The notes beneath the pieces were generated by a model. It ran no database searches, was not told the DNA's origin, and saw only the letters and a list, made by a program, of their open reading frames with translations. Positions 13,431 to 25,160 of a stretch of DNA of 64,000 nt are shown one piece after another. A program made the translations under genes and the position numbers. The first letter of the stretch is position 1; the number at the start of each line of letters is the position of its first letter. Location of the stretch: contig OZ024742.1 in NCBI GenBank assembly GCA_964016885.1, positions 291,462,001-291,526,000 on the forward strand, read 5' to 3'. The DNA is from Eledone cirrhosa. Taxonomy: Eukaryota.

Positions 13431-13726
13431 AGAAATGACTCAACAGGTAGGCAAATCAGAGAACCAAGTGAAATAGAGCTTAGAAGACCAAAGTTAAACA
13501 GAAAAAACGAATGGAATAACAACAACCATACCCAAACAAACAATACTGACTTAAGGGAAATATAAATAAATATATACACAAGTACAATAACAACAAACAC
13601 ATAAACACACACTAGTAAATAAAGATAGAATACAAAAACCAAAACACATACACTCAAACGCAAACAGGCACACCAAACATTATACAGACGCGCAAACGCA
13701 TGTGCAGAGATGGAGACAAGAAGAAA

Positions 13727-13761
<35 letters not shown>

Positions 13762-14198
13762 AATAAAAATGGCGTAGACATTATAATACAATACAATAGG
13801 AGGGAACATAATAATACCACTGATGATGTTGCAGATGTACAACGAAAGAACTTTGATAGACTATATATATATATATGTATTTTTAACCATTGGTCAATCA
13901 ATGATAAACGTTGATTGCCAAGTAAATTAACTATGGAGATATAAAAGATACACAAGCGAAAACCAAACAAACAGTGTGTTCTGTTATTATTTCTGGCAAT
14001 ATTATTACAACAATATGACCCTCCCCAAATATAACAATATAATGATGATGATGATGAACAATATATATATATATGTAGGAGGTGAGTTTTATTGTAGCAC
14101 AATAAAGCAATGCAAATATCGGATAAGTAGCACTCTACAGTTTGTAGGACTGGAGTATAAATAATATAAGATCAAAAGATGGTTAAAAGAGTTCCAAG

Positions 14199-14269
14199 TA
14201 TTTTATTATGCGCATTTCAAAAACAAATATCATCATGGGATGATATCTGCGTTTTCATCAGATAAAATA
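14199..14269 (-). ncRNA. Minimal type I hammerhead ribozyme, mirror copy
   Basis: Exact reverse-complement copy of 14326-14396 in the left arm of the inverted repeat. Confidence 0.85.
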
Positions 14270-14325
14270 GGGATACAAAACTTCACTATTCACAAGTGTT
14301 TTTTAAGCTTCATATCATTTATCCC

Positions 14326-14396
14326 TATTTTATCTGATGAAAACGCAGATATCATCCCATGATGATATTTGTTTTTGAAATGCGCATAATAAAATA
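14326..14396 (+). ncRNA. Minimal type I hammerhead ribozyme (Penelope-type)
   Basis: Stem I TATTTTAT/ATAAAATA (8 bp); core CTGATGA 14334-14340; 16-bp stem II; GAAA 14377-14380; palindromic stem III ATGCGCAT; predicted AUA cleavage after 14388. Confidence 0.85.
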
Positions 14397-14489
14397 CTTG
14401 GAACTCTTTTAACCATCTTTTGATCTTATATTATATATGTATATCATCATTTTACGTCCACTCCTCCCTGCTTATATAAATTTCTTAAT

Positions 14490-14597
14490 AATTGTTTCTA
14501 CTTTAGGCACAAGGCCAGAAATTACCCAGTGCATTACTGGTACTTTATTTTATCGACCCCGTAAGGATGAAAGGCAAAGTCAACCTCGGCGGGATTT
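14490..14597 (-). mobile_element. Meta-like SINE 3' fragment
   Basis: Same tail and middle sequence as the other family members. Confidence 0.75.
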
Positions 14598-15199
14598 CTT
14601 AATAATGAATACCTTTCAGTAAGTCACCATTTACATTGTTGTAGTATGAGAAGTGAAAGTCAGTTTCTGTTTTCTATATAAACCTTATCAGCAGTTAGCC
14701 ATGATAAAGACAGAAAGTTCAAGCCACATTATCAGCTAAAGTTCAAGCCACTTTATCAGCTAAAGTGTTTCCTCTCAGGCTGCCAACAAGGAAATCAGAC
14801 CTTAGAAAAAGTAACAGTTTCAGTTATCTGATATAAATTCCTTTTACAACTCAACATTATCTATCACCAAAAAGTGTGGTACACACACACACACACACTT
14901 TTTTCTTACACAACCATGTATATCTTAAACCACCACTACCATCACTGTTTTCCTAGCCTGGCTGAGGACATAATGAACATCCTAGTCTTGTAATGGGGTA
15001 CTGCTATTGCCATGATAAAATACATCAAGTTCACTCTGTACAGTGGCAGTGCTAGTGCCACAATGAAAACTACCCAGTCAACAGTGTGAAGTGGTTGGCA
15101 TTAAACAGTATCCAGTTGAGGAAACCACTGTACTGGATAATTTGTTGTATTATTTATCTATTTTTCCAATCGATATTGAAAAGAGGAACATAATATGAA

Positions 15200-17072
15200 A
15201 TTTCTGAAGATTAGAATGGGCAAACCTTTAAAAACTACAAGACACTGACATTATAATTAAGGAAGCCAACAAAGGAAGCAAAGTTGTCATAGTGGATACC
15301 TCTTACTATAAACAACTCATCAAAAACATGCTAGAAGATATTACCAATTACAAAAAGACAAAAACAAAAAATTATAAAAATTCCAAAATAATGGGAAAAC
15401 TGCATACATTATTAAATTTGTATGGTGGATTGGCAGTATCGTTAGAGGGTCGGATGCTATACTTTGCAGCATAGAGTTACGCCCCTTTGTGGTCTGAGTT
15501 CCAATCCTGCCGAGGTTAACTTTGCCTTTCACCTTTACGGGGTTGATAAAATAAAGTACCAGTAATGCATTGGGATAATTGCTGGCCTTGTGCCAAAAGT
15601 AGAAACATTTATTAAATTTATATTTTCATGGCTTACTCAAGGTCCATTAAAAAAACAAAACAAATAAGCAACATGTCAAAAATGTAAATCAAAATACATA
15701 GAATTACCTTCACCACAAGACTTTGAACTGAGACCGATTGTTGCAGACTAAACATGTGAAGCATATAGATAAAGCAATTTTTTGGATATTCTATTAAAAC
15801 CTTTCCTAAAATATGTACCCAGCTTTAATCAAGATGACCAAGATATGCTCAATTATTTACCAGACTGAGTAAATGAAGTCACAACTGATTTATGTCCTTT
15901 GAGGAAATTTTTACCCGATACTGTCATTGATAGAATTTTGCTGTTTTAACAGCTATTCTTGCATTGAGTTCTTCTCATTATTCTATGAATTCTAATACAC
16001 TCTTGCTCCATCTTGGTCTTTGAGACAACCTTGTTTACAACAATTATTTTTTCTTTATGAAATAGACGCTATTCAATATTAGTTCACACATACTGATTTG
16101 AATTACTGGCCACACAGAAACAACTTTCGTTATCAAAGGTCTGAGGTTTAGTTTACAAACAATTATTTTGCATTCAATGAACATTAAATACCATCAAATT
16201 TTAGGAGCAGCTGTGTGTAGCACCATCATATACAAATCTAGTTATAGGTTATCATGAAGAACCACAAAAATTTTGGAGTCAATTTTATTCATACCTAAAA
16301 GGAAATTGGAAAAGGCTTTTTGATGACTACTTAATTTTATGGAATGAAATGGTAAATACAGTAGGAGTTTAAAAATATTATATCATAAATACCAATATTT
16401 AATTCTTGATAGAATTTAGAAAGGCAAAACTCTCCTTAAATATTTTGATAAAGATAATAGAAGAATAGATTGAAATACATGTTATAAATTCACAGACTCA
16501 AAACAATACTAAATACTCACATCCTGCCACTCTAAACATACACAAACATATATTCCTTTTATTTTGGTGAAACGACAAATACGCATAATTGTTTCCAACC
16601 TGACAATATGAAACCAAAAACAGATAAAATTACAAAATATCTTAATCCTCCAAAAATGTCTTGCCAGTTTAGTGAAAAGTGGAATAGAAAGAGTGAAAAA
16701 TAAATATGGACTGTAAAAAATAAATCGATAGAAAACAGACTACCATTTATAAAAAGATACAATCCAAGGAATATTAAAATGTATAATCATATTCATAGAA
16801 ATCTAACCATTTTGTATAATGATAAAAAATGAAAAAAAAAAAAAAAAATCTTGCAGAATCAGCAAATTATAAACAGTAAACAACAACCGAAAAAAAAAAA
16901 AAAAAAAAAAAATTTGAAAAGATTACTCACAAATGCAAAAATTCAGATTCCCAATCCACAAATAACAAAATGTCAAGGACCTAATTTGTGAATATATACG
17001 CTGGAAGGTTCAGAATTCAGATTCAAAGATGGACAAACTTTTAAACTTAAAAATAGTTTCACATGCTCATCT
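15200..17072 (+). mobile_element. Decayed Penelope-like element (RT to start of GIY-YIG region)
   Basis: Broken frames give IIIKEANKGSKVVIVDTSYY, LRPIVA, YHQILGAA, WKRLFDDY, YKFTDSKQY..SCHSKH, LPFIKRYNPR and FTCSS, in the order expected for a PLE polyprotein. Interrupted by a SINE at 15423. Confidence 0.8.
15423..15612 (+). mobile_element. Meta-like tRNA-SINE, full length, inserted in the PLE
   Basis: A-box-like TGGCAGTATCG, B-box-like GAGTTCCAATCC, middle TTTGCCTTTCACCTTTACGGGGTTGATAAAATAAAGTACC, tail GTAGAAAC(A/T)TT. Confidence 0.8.
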
Positions 17073-17076
17073 AATA

Positions 17077-17490
17077 ATTATTTCTACTTTTGGCACAAGG
17101 CCAGCAATTACCCAGTACATTACTGGTACTTTATTTTATCGACCCCGTAAGGATGAAAGGCAAAGTTAACCTCGGCGGGATTTGAACTCAGAATGATAAG
17201 GGCCGTAACTCTATGCGTCAAATCATGGTGTCTGACCCTCTACCAATACTGCCAATCCACCGTCATCTAATGATGGTTTCTGATTTAAGCTCAAAGCCTA
17301 CAATTTTTGTGAGGGAAAGTCGATGAAATCAACCCCAGTGCATTACTGGTACTTTATTTTATTGACCTCATAAAAATGAAAGGCAAAGCTAACCTTGGCG
17401 AGATTTGAACTTAATAAGTAAAGGGACGTAACTATATGCTGTAATGCATGTTGTCCGACGCTCTACTGATACTGCCAATCCACCACCCTA
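17077..17490 (-). mobile_element. Two adjacent Meta-like SINEs
   Basis: Copies at 17077-17262 and ~17275-17490 share the head and middle domains but differ in the 3' tail. Confidence 0.75.
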
Positions 17491-17644
17491 CATGCTCATC
17501 TAATAATCTCATATGTTTTAACAACCATATATTTGAATTTGAAAACACTAAGTAAAAGTACCGAATACAAATGTAGAGTATAACATCTATTTATTAAATT
17601 ATATATATAAACACACAAATTTATAAATAAATATATATAAATAT

Positions 17645-18062
17645 ATAAAGTGTCTTGCTCAAGGAAACAACACATCACCCGGTCTGAGAATTGAACTCAA
17701 CTTTGCAATCGAAAGGTTGTGAGTTCAATTCTCAGACCGGGTGATGTGTTGTTTCCTTGAGCAAGACACTTTATTTCACATTGCTCCAGTTTACTCAGCT
17801 GTAGAAATGAGATGATAGGGACTGGGGTCCCTATCATTCCACTGCAAAGTGGTTGTGGAGGTGCCACAGAAAAAAAGCACCCAGCCCACACTGTAAAGTG
17901 GACGTGTAGGCGCCACGGAAAAAAAGCACCCAGCACTCACTGTAAATGAGGTTGGTGTTAGGAAGGGCATCCAGTTGTAGAAATCAAGCCAGAATCAGTT
18001 CCCGTCGCACCCTTGCAAGCAGGGAAAAGCGGACGTAAATTGATGATGATGATAATGATGAT
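17645..18062 (+). mobile_element. CORE-type tRNA-SINE with RTE-derived tail and inverted 5' piece
   Basis: B box GAGTTCAATTC, CORE-like CCTTGAGCAAGACACTTTA, GGAAGGGCATCC module, RTE 3' end CCTTGCAAGCAGGGAAAAGCGGACGTAAA-(TGA)n. 17645-17699 is a perfect reverse complement of 17720-17774. Confidence 0.85.
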
Positions 18063-18147
18063 ATATTCATACACACACATTTTTTTTTATTTTATAGAAG
18101 TACACGTGTGTGTATATGTATATATTTATAAATCCATGTGTTTATAT

Positions 18148-18499
18148 ATATCATCATCATCGTTTAACATCCATTTTTCCATGCTAGCATGGGTTAGATG
18201 AACTGTCTCATTGAGACAAGTCAGATCACATGACTGAATTTTGCTCATAACTGTTTCTGGCTGAGTTTCTATGGCTGGATGCCTTTCCTAATGCCAATCA
18301 CAATTACAGTGTGTACTGGGTGCTTTTTATCGTGGCACCAAAATGACCATGTTACAGTGTGGACTAGGTATTTTTTGTTGTCACCAACATTACCACTTTA
18401 CAGTGCAGACTGAGCAATTTATGTTGTGACACCGAGACGACTACTTTGGCACATTTTGTCAAGTCAGCAAAACAACCACTTTTCAATGTGGGCTGGGCG

Positions 18500-18500
<1 letters not shown>
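18148..18500 (-). mobile_element. RTE-tailed non-autonomous element
   Basis: (CAT)n, TTTCCATGCTAGCATGG stem-loop, GGATGCCTTTCCTAA, and repeated TTACAGTGTGGACTGGGTGCTTT units on the + strand. Confidence 0.7.
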
Positions 18501-18558
<58 letters not shown>

Positions 18559-18560
<2 letters not shown>

Positions 18561-18631
18561 GGAATTAGCTCAGATGGTAGAGTGCTCTCTTTGCATGCGA
18601 AAGGTACCGGGATCGATGCCCGGATTCTCCA
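18559..18631 (+). tRNA. tRNA-Ala(TGC), possibly pseudogene
   Basis: Acceptor stem GGGGAAT/ATTCTCC-A with the G3:U70 Ala identity pair; D arm GCTC/GAGT; anticodon TGC; T arm CCGGG-ATCGATG-CCCGG; T5 terminator at 18656-18660. The anticodon stem CTCTC/GCGAA has two mismatches. Confidence 0.85.
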
Positions 18632-18983
18632 GTGAAGTTAGGTTCTAACTTTATATTTTTCACTGACCATCCACCACCATCACCATACTGACACCATCCA
18701 CCACCATTCACCACCACCACCACCACCATTACCAGCGTAAAGGAAACAATTATTATTATTATCTAAAAACTGAACTGGACTGGGAAAAGTCAATAGTAGA
18801 CATGATTTTGATTTTGTATCAGTACTGCCGGTAATATATATATATATGTGTTTGTTTGTATGCATGAATGAGTGTTGGTATGTGAGTGGCGTGTGTGTTT
18901 GTGATTTGTATGCATGAGTGTTGGTGTGTGAGTGTGTGTGTGTGTGTGTGTGTGTCGTGTAAATAAGTGTTTTTTTTTATATG

Positions 18984-21900
18984 ACCATGCTGTAAAATGG
19001 AGGGGTAGAGAGGGCCCTTGAGTCTAGTAAGACATCCTCTCTAGTGCAGGTAGCACAAATAAAAGCACCCAGTCCATGCTGTAAAGTGGCGTTGGTGTTA
19101 GGAAGGGCATCCAACCAGTGTTTCAATGCCAAAACGCTTATCAGCACAGCACAAATAGGAACAACAACAAAGTATGAAGACGTCGCATCTCAGAGTTGCA
19201 ACACTTAATATTGGCACTCTCAGAGGTAGATCTGCTGAAATAGCGGAGATGCTGGAGAGAAGGCATGTGGATGTGTGCTGCGTGCAAGAGGTGAGATGGA
19301 GAGGTGCCTCTGCGAGACTAGTCGTAGGCAAACGTCTTAGCTATTAGCTTTTCTGGGTAGGTAAGGATGATGGGTTACGGGGAGTAGGCATTTTCCTGGC
19401 TGAGAGATGGATCAATAAGACAATAGAGGTAGTTTGAATTAGTAATCGAACAATTAAGCTTAGATTAGTTGTAGGCAGGAGACTACTGACAATCATCTCT
19501 GCCTATGCTCCCCAAGCAGGCCTAGGCAAAGAAGAGAAAGACTGCTTTTACGAGCAACTTTTACAAACAACCGCAATGACAGAGGACAGAGACATCGTTA
19601 TGCTAGCAGGAGACTTCAATGGTCATGTTGGACAGCTCCAGGATGGTTACACTGGGGTACATGGTGGGCACGGTTAGGGCTCAAGAAATGAAGAAGGAGT
19701 GAGACTTCTTGAATTTTGTGATGCAAGTACACTGACTATTAGCAACACAAACTTCCAGAAACCTGCCAATCACCTAATAATCTACAAATCTGGCAAGCAC
19801 ATAAGCCAGATTGACTTCCTACTAGTTAGGCAGCGGGACAGGCAGATAGTGTCTAATACCAAGGCATAACCTGGGGAAGAATGTACCCCACAGCATAGGT
19901 TAGTCGTTAGTGATATCTCAGTAAGCAAGAGATGGAATGAGACATATAGGAAGGTGTGGAGAAGAAAGGTCTGAAAGCTAAAAGACCTTTCACTAAAATA
20001 CAAATTTAGGAAAGCCCTTCAAGATGTATATGACGAAAAAGAAGACGATTTAGAGACGTATGACATAGATAACTGGAATTTCTTACGTGACAACTTGCTG
20101 CAGGCTACTGATGAAACTTGCGGCTGGAGCAGAGCTCCAACCAGACAGAGAGTGACCTGGTGGTGGAACAGCACAGTAGATAAGGCCATTAGAGACAAAA
20201 GACTAGCATGGAAGGCTTGAAAAAAGGGTGGGAGTAGGGAAGAATATACAGCCGCTAAGAGAGAAGCTAGACGTCAGGTGTACTTAGCACGCAGGGAGGC
20301 GGAGAGTAGGAGGTTTGCCAATGTTCTGCGACGGGAAGATCAGAGGCGTGCGGTGTTCCACATTGCAAGGCAGCGTGTCAATGCAAATCAGGATGTTGTT
20401 GGAGATAAATGTGTCTGGGATGATGCCGGTGTACTTAGAGTCACGAATGATCAGAAAAAGGAGGCCTGGAAATGTCATTATGAGAGACTGATGAATGTTG
20501 AGAATGAATGGGAGAGAGAGAAATGACCCCCAGTAGATCCGACAGAGGGACCAGCTATTGAGATTGACGAATATAGGGTCCAAGAGGCGATTAAGGAAAT
20601 GAAAAATGGTAAGGCGGCTGGACCATCGGGAATAGTTGCTGAGATGCTGAAGGCATCAGGGGACATAGGCACTAAACTGGTTGCATGCATCATCAATCAG
20701 GCTATATATGGTGGTGTCATACCCAAAGACTGGTGCAGCAGTATTCTCATAAATTGCTACAAAGGTAAAGGGGATGCTCTGGAGAGGAGTAACTATAGGG
20801 GTATAAAACTGATGGATCAGGTTATGAAAGTGGCAGAAAGGATATTAGCACAACTAATTAGAGAAAGGGTTAAACTAGATGAGATGCAGTTTGGTTTTGT
20901 GCCTGGGAAGAGTACAACAGATGCCCTCTTCTTGGTGAGACAATTGCAAGAGAGGTTCTTAGAGAAAAATAAGCCACTATACTTAGCCTTTGTTGACCTA
21001 GAGAAGGCCTTTGATAGGGTACCCCGATCTGTCATCTGGTGGTCCCTACGTAAGCTAGTCGTTGAGGAATGGCTTGTGAGGACAGTGCAAACTTTGTACA
21101 GAGGTACTCTCAGTAAAGTCAGGGTAGGAATGGAGTTTAGTGAGGAATTCCAGATACAAGTAGGAGTACATCAAGGTTCGGTCCTCAGCCCGCTCTTGTT
21201 CATTATAGTCCTCCAAGCCATAACAGAGGAGTTTAAGACTGGCTGTCCATGGGAACTTCTCTATGCGGACAATCTGGTTCTTATAGCAAAATCAGTAGAG
21301 GAGCTAGAGAATAAATTCTGGTTATGGAAACAGCAGTTGGAAGCAAGAGGACTGAGAGTGAACCTAGCTAAGACAAAAGTGTTGATGAGTAGAAAAGAGG
21401 ACAAAACTCAGGGAAATGGCCATGTTCGATATGCAGAAAAGGAACTGGCATAAATTCTATAAAATGCACACAATGCAGATCCTGGGTACAAAAGAGATGT
21501 AGCAGGATAACAGGCAAACTAACAGGTAGGGAGAAATATGTATGCAGTAGATATACAGGGAAATTAGACAGAAGTCGCATTGATAGACACATTTTTCAAA
21601 TGCAGGCGGGTGCTATAGAAGTGGTGGATAGCTTCCGGTACCTAGGAGATCAGATTAGCATGGGAGGAGGGTGTTCCGAGGCCATAGTATCTAGAATAAG
21701 GACGGGTTGGAAGAAGTTTAGGGAGCTTCTTCCTCTGCTGACGAAGAAGGGTTTCTCCCTGCGTACGAAAGGACGGTTGTATGATGCCTGTGTGAGGAGT
21801 GCGATGATGCATGGTAGTGAGACATGGGCAGCAACTGCAGAGGATATGCGATGGCTGGAGAGAAATGAGGCCAGCATGCTCCGTTGGATGTGCAGTGTCA

Positions 21901-22213
21901 ATGTGTGTGAACGACCCAGCATGAATGTGTAGAGAGAGAAACTGTGTCGGAGAGGGATAGAATGTAGTGTACGGGAGAGGAGACTGAGGTGGTATGGACA
22001 TGTGATGCGCATGGAGGATGACTGATGGGTAAAGAAGTGCCAGGAAATGCCAGTTGAAGGAAGACGTGGTAGAGGTAGACCACGAAAAACATAGGCGGAG
22101 GTGGTGAGAACAGACCTCAGATCATTGAAGCTCACGGTCGAGATGACGTGCTGAATAAGACCCGTCCCACCCTTGCAAGCAGGGAAAAGCGGACGTAAAA
22201 TGATGATGATGAT
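18984..22213 (+). mobile_element. RTE-clade LINE family A, full length, inactivated
   Basis: Structured 5' UTR, APE, and RT ([23 protein letters not shown] for YADD). PHD-like cysteine cluster, C-terminal LRWYGHV, 3' stem-loop and (TGA)n tail. Many stops. Confidence 0.92.
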
Positions 22214-22723
22214 ATAACAATACGCGCTCATGTATAATTATATACACATATATTTATTCATAGAAGTACACATCTGTGTGTATATACATACAAACAGAAA
22301 CATACATACATACAAACAAACAAAAACACATCAATTTCTAGAAATTCAGTATTTTGCAACAGGATGACATCAAATAGGCTACAAAATGATTTATGACAGG
22401 CCTAGAAATTCCAAGAAATTCCGTTTTCATAAGTTTTTTCTTTGTTAATATCATAATTTAGCAGCTGTGAACTATCTACTGTGAGTGTTCTATATTTACT
22501 GTTATAGCAGCCATGTACATCAACATTGATAGATGGAGAATCTAGCTTTGCTAATAAACCCATTGTTTTGGGGACAGAGTAAAAGGTATTTGGTTTCTTT
22601 ACCTCATCACACTGTTAGAAAGTTATGTTTGATGATTGAGAGTGTATATGTAGGTGTGTATGTGTGTGTATATATATATATACATACACACCTACATTTG
22701 GAAATTCTGCTTCGAGGGATAAA

Positions 22724-22818
22724 GACGTATCTGAAGAACTTGTGATTTCAGAGTCAGGTTCGATCCTCGCATCGATCGTACCTCGAGCTGGTCGCCAGAG
22801 AAACGATTGTAATAGGTC
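22724..22818 (+). ncRNA. Minimal type I hammerhead ribozyme (partly decayed)
   Basis: Stem I GACGTAT/ATAGGTC (6 of 7 pairs); CTGAAGA 22731-22737; long stem II; GAAA 22800-22803; near-palindromic CGATTG; GUA site at 22811; AATAAA just downstream. Confidence 0.65.
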
Positions 22819-22892
22819 TAATAAATTCTAATTCGTTGCACCACTGATTCTCCGTTTCTTATGTGATATATATATATATACACACACACATG

Positions 22893-22978
22893 CATGCATA
22901 CATACATACATACATACATACATACATACATACATACATACATACATACATACATACATACATACATACATACATACA

Positions 22979-23008
<30 letters not shown>
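22893..23008. repeat. (CATA)n microsatellite
   Basis: Pure tetranucleotide run. Confidence 0.95.
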
Positions 23009-23009
<1 letters not shown>

Positions 23010-23168
23010 CCCATAGCTTTATGGAGGGAATGAGTGATATTTGGTTTATTCACCAAATTATAACAAAGCTATGTTGATAGATTGTATGTGTTTGTGTGCA
23101 TATATAAACAGACAAAAATACCTACCTAAATGGTGGTGATGATGATGTGCATATATATATACATATAA

Positions 23169-23205
<37 letters not shown>

Positions 23206-23544
23206 AATATATATATACACACACATATATCTGTATGATGTTGATAGGCTTGCAACTGAGTACTCAATACTTAAGTAACATTTAAATGGTGCAGTGTCTT
23301 GTCTGAGGATCTTGTGAGCACACAGGTGAAACTCCATAGTAACAACACTCATTTCTTAACTACAATAAATCAATAATATATACATATATATATGGAACGT
23401 GAGACCGTACATAAGCCAGGCAGAGATACCTGGCTTGCTCGGGAGATCAGTGGCTCCGCTTTAGTACGGACTTGGTCTATATAGACCCAGCCAACCTTTG
23501 CTAGCAGGAAAAGCTGATGTTAAAATGATGATGATGATGATATA

Positions 23545-23758
23545 TATGAGAGAGAGGTAGGGGGGGGGGGAGATATAGAGAGAAACAGAGGGCGATAGAT
23601 TATAGAAAGGAAGTTGATAGTATTTTAGAACATTTTCACCCCATTTCTCTCTTAATTTTGTGTTCCATAATTTCTATAAAACTTCAGAAAGCCTGTGACA
23701 GAACACAAAGTTTGTGTGACAGACAGACAAAAAGGTTGTACAGTTATTATAATATAGA
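23545..23758 (-). mobile_element. Helitron 5' terminal fragment
   Basis: The minus strand reads A|TCTATATTATAATAACTG...TGTCTGTCTGTCAC, typical of Helitron 5' ends, followed by a CT-rich tract. No 3' end found. Confidence 0.5.
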
Positions 23759-24197
23759 TTCCGTACTAAAAATAGTGTTTCCTTTTTTAAATGTCTATTT
23801 CTTTCTAACTGCAATTCTTCCACAGAATTCATATGTCAGCCTAGAATCTAGAATTCTCACATCCATTGTGAAAATGCAATTATCTGAGGAGAAACACTTA
23901 ATGAACGAAAGAAAGTGGAATGGAACTGAAAATGTTTCTGTTTAAATGGATTCACAACTATTGATGGTTAATTAAACATCCATTTCTGTTGATGTGGAGC
24001 AAACAGAAGGAATAGACATACTGCTGCACTTTGGTATAGAGACACTTCATTCTATATCTGATCAATGTTTCATGAGAGAGAGAGAGAGAGAGAGAGGGAT
24101 ACCATAGTGTATATTGTTATATGTAGACAGTGAAAACTGCCACTAGATCTTACAAGATTACTATTGTGAAGATTATGAACTACAGCTCAACTGCCCA

Positions 24198-24214
24198 TAT
24201 ATATATATTTTCCT

Positions 24215-24275
<61 letters not shown>

Positions 24276-24689
24276 ACACACACATATATATATATACATA
24301 CACGCACATATATATATATATGTACATACACACATATATACATACACACACACACATATATATATATATACATACATACACATACATACACACACACACA
24401 CATACATACATACACATACATACACACATATATATATATATATACATACATACATACACATACATACACACACACACACATATATATATATACATACATA
24501 CACATACATATATACACACACACATGCATATAGACGTACATACATATATATATACACAATTACATACATATATATACATATAGACGTACATATATATATA
24601 TATATACACACGTACATATATATATATATATATACACACGTACATACATATATATATATATACACACGTACATACATATATATATATAC

Positions 24690-24777
<88 letters not shown>

Positions 24778-24801
24778 GTACATATATATATATATATATA
24801 C

Positions 24802-24832
<31 letters not shown>

Positions 24833-24911
24833 CGTACATACATATATATATATATATACGTACATACATATATATATATATATACGTACATACATATATA
24901 TATATATATAC

Positions 24912-24942
<31 letters not shown>

Positions 24943-25160
24943 CGTACATACATATATATATATATATACGTACATACATATATATATATATATACGTACA
25001 TATATATATATACGTACATACATATATATATATATATACGTACATACATATATATATATATACGTACATACATACATATATACATTTATATACATATATA
25101 TATATATACGTACATACATACATATATACATTTATATACATATATACATATATATACATA
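24198..25160. repeat. Compound (CA)n/(TA)n/(TA)nCGTACA microsatellite
   Basis: Low-complexity array; the source of several spurious ORFs. Confidence 0.95.

Larger units (their letters stand above)
14161..14434. repeat. Perfect 115-bp inverted repeat (arms 14161-14275 and 14320-14434, 44-bp spacer)
   Basis: The arms are exact reverse complements by eye (ATAATATAAGATCAAAAG...AGGGATA / TATCCCT...CTTTTGATCTTATATTAT). Confidence 0.95.

Noticed and set aside
23880-23920. CTGAGGA...GAAA as a hammerhead
   Set aside because: No credible stem I, II or III pairing.
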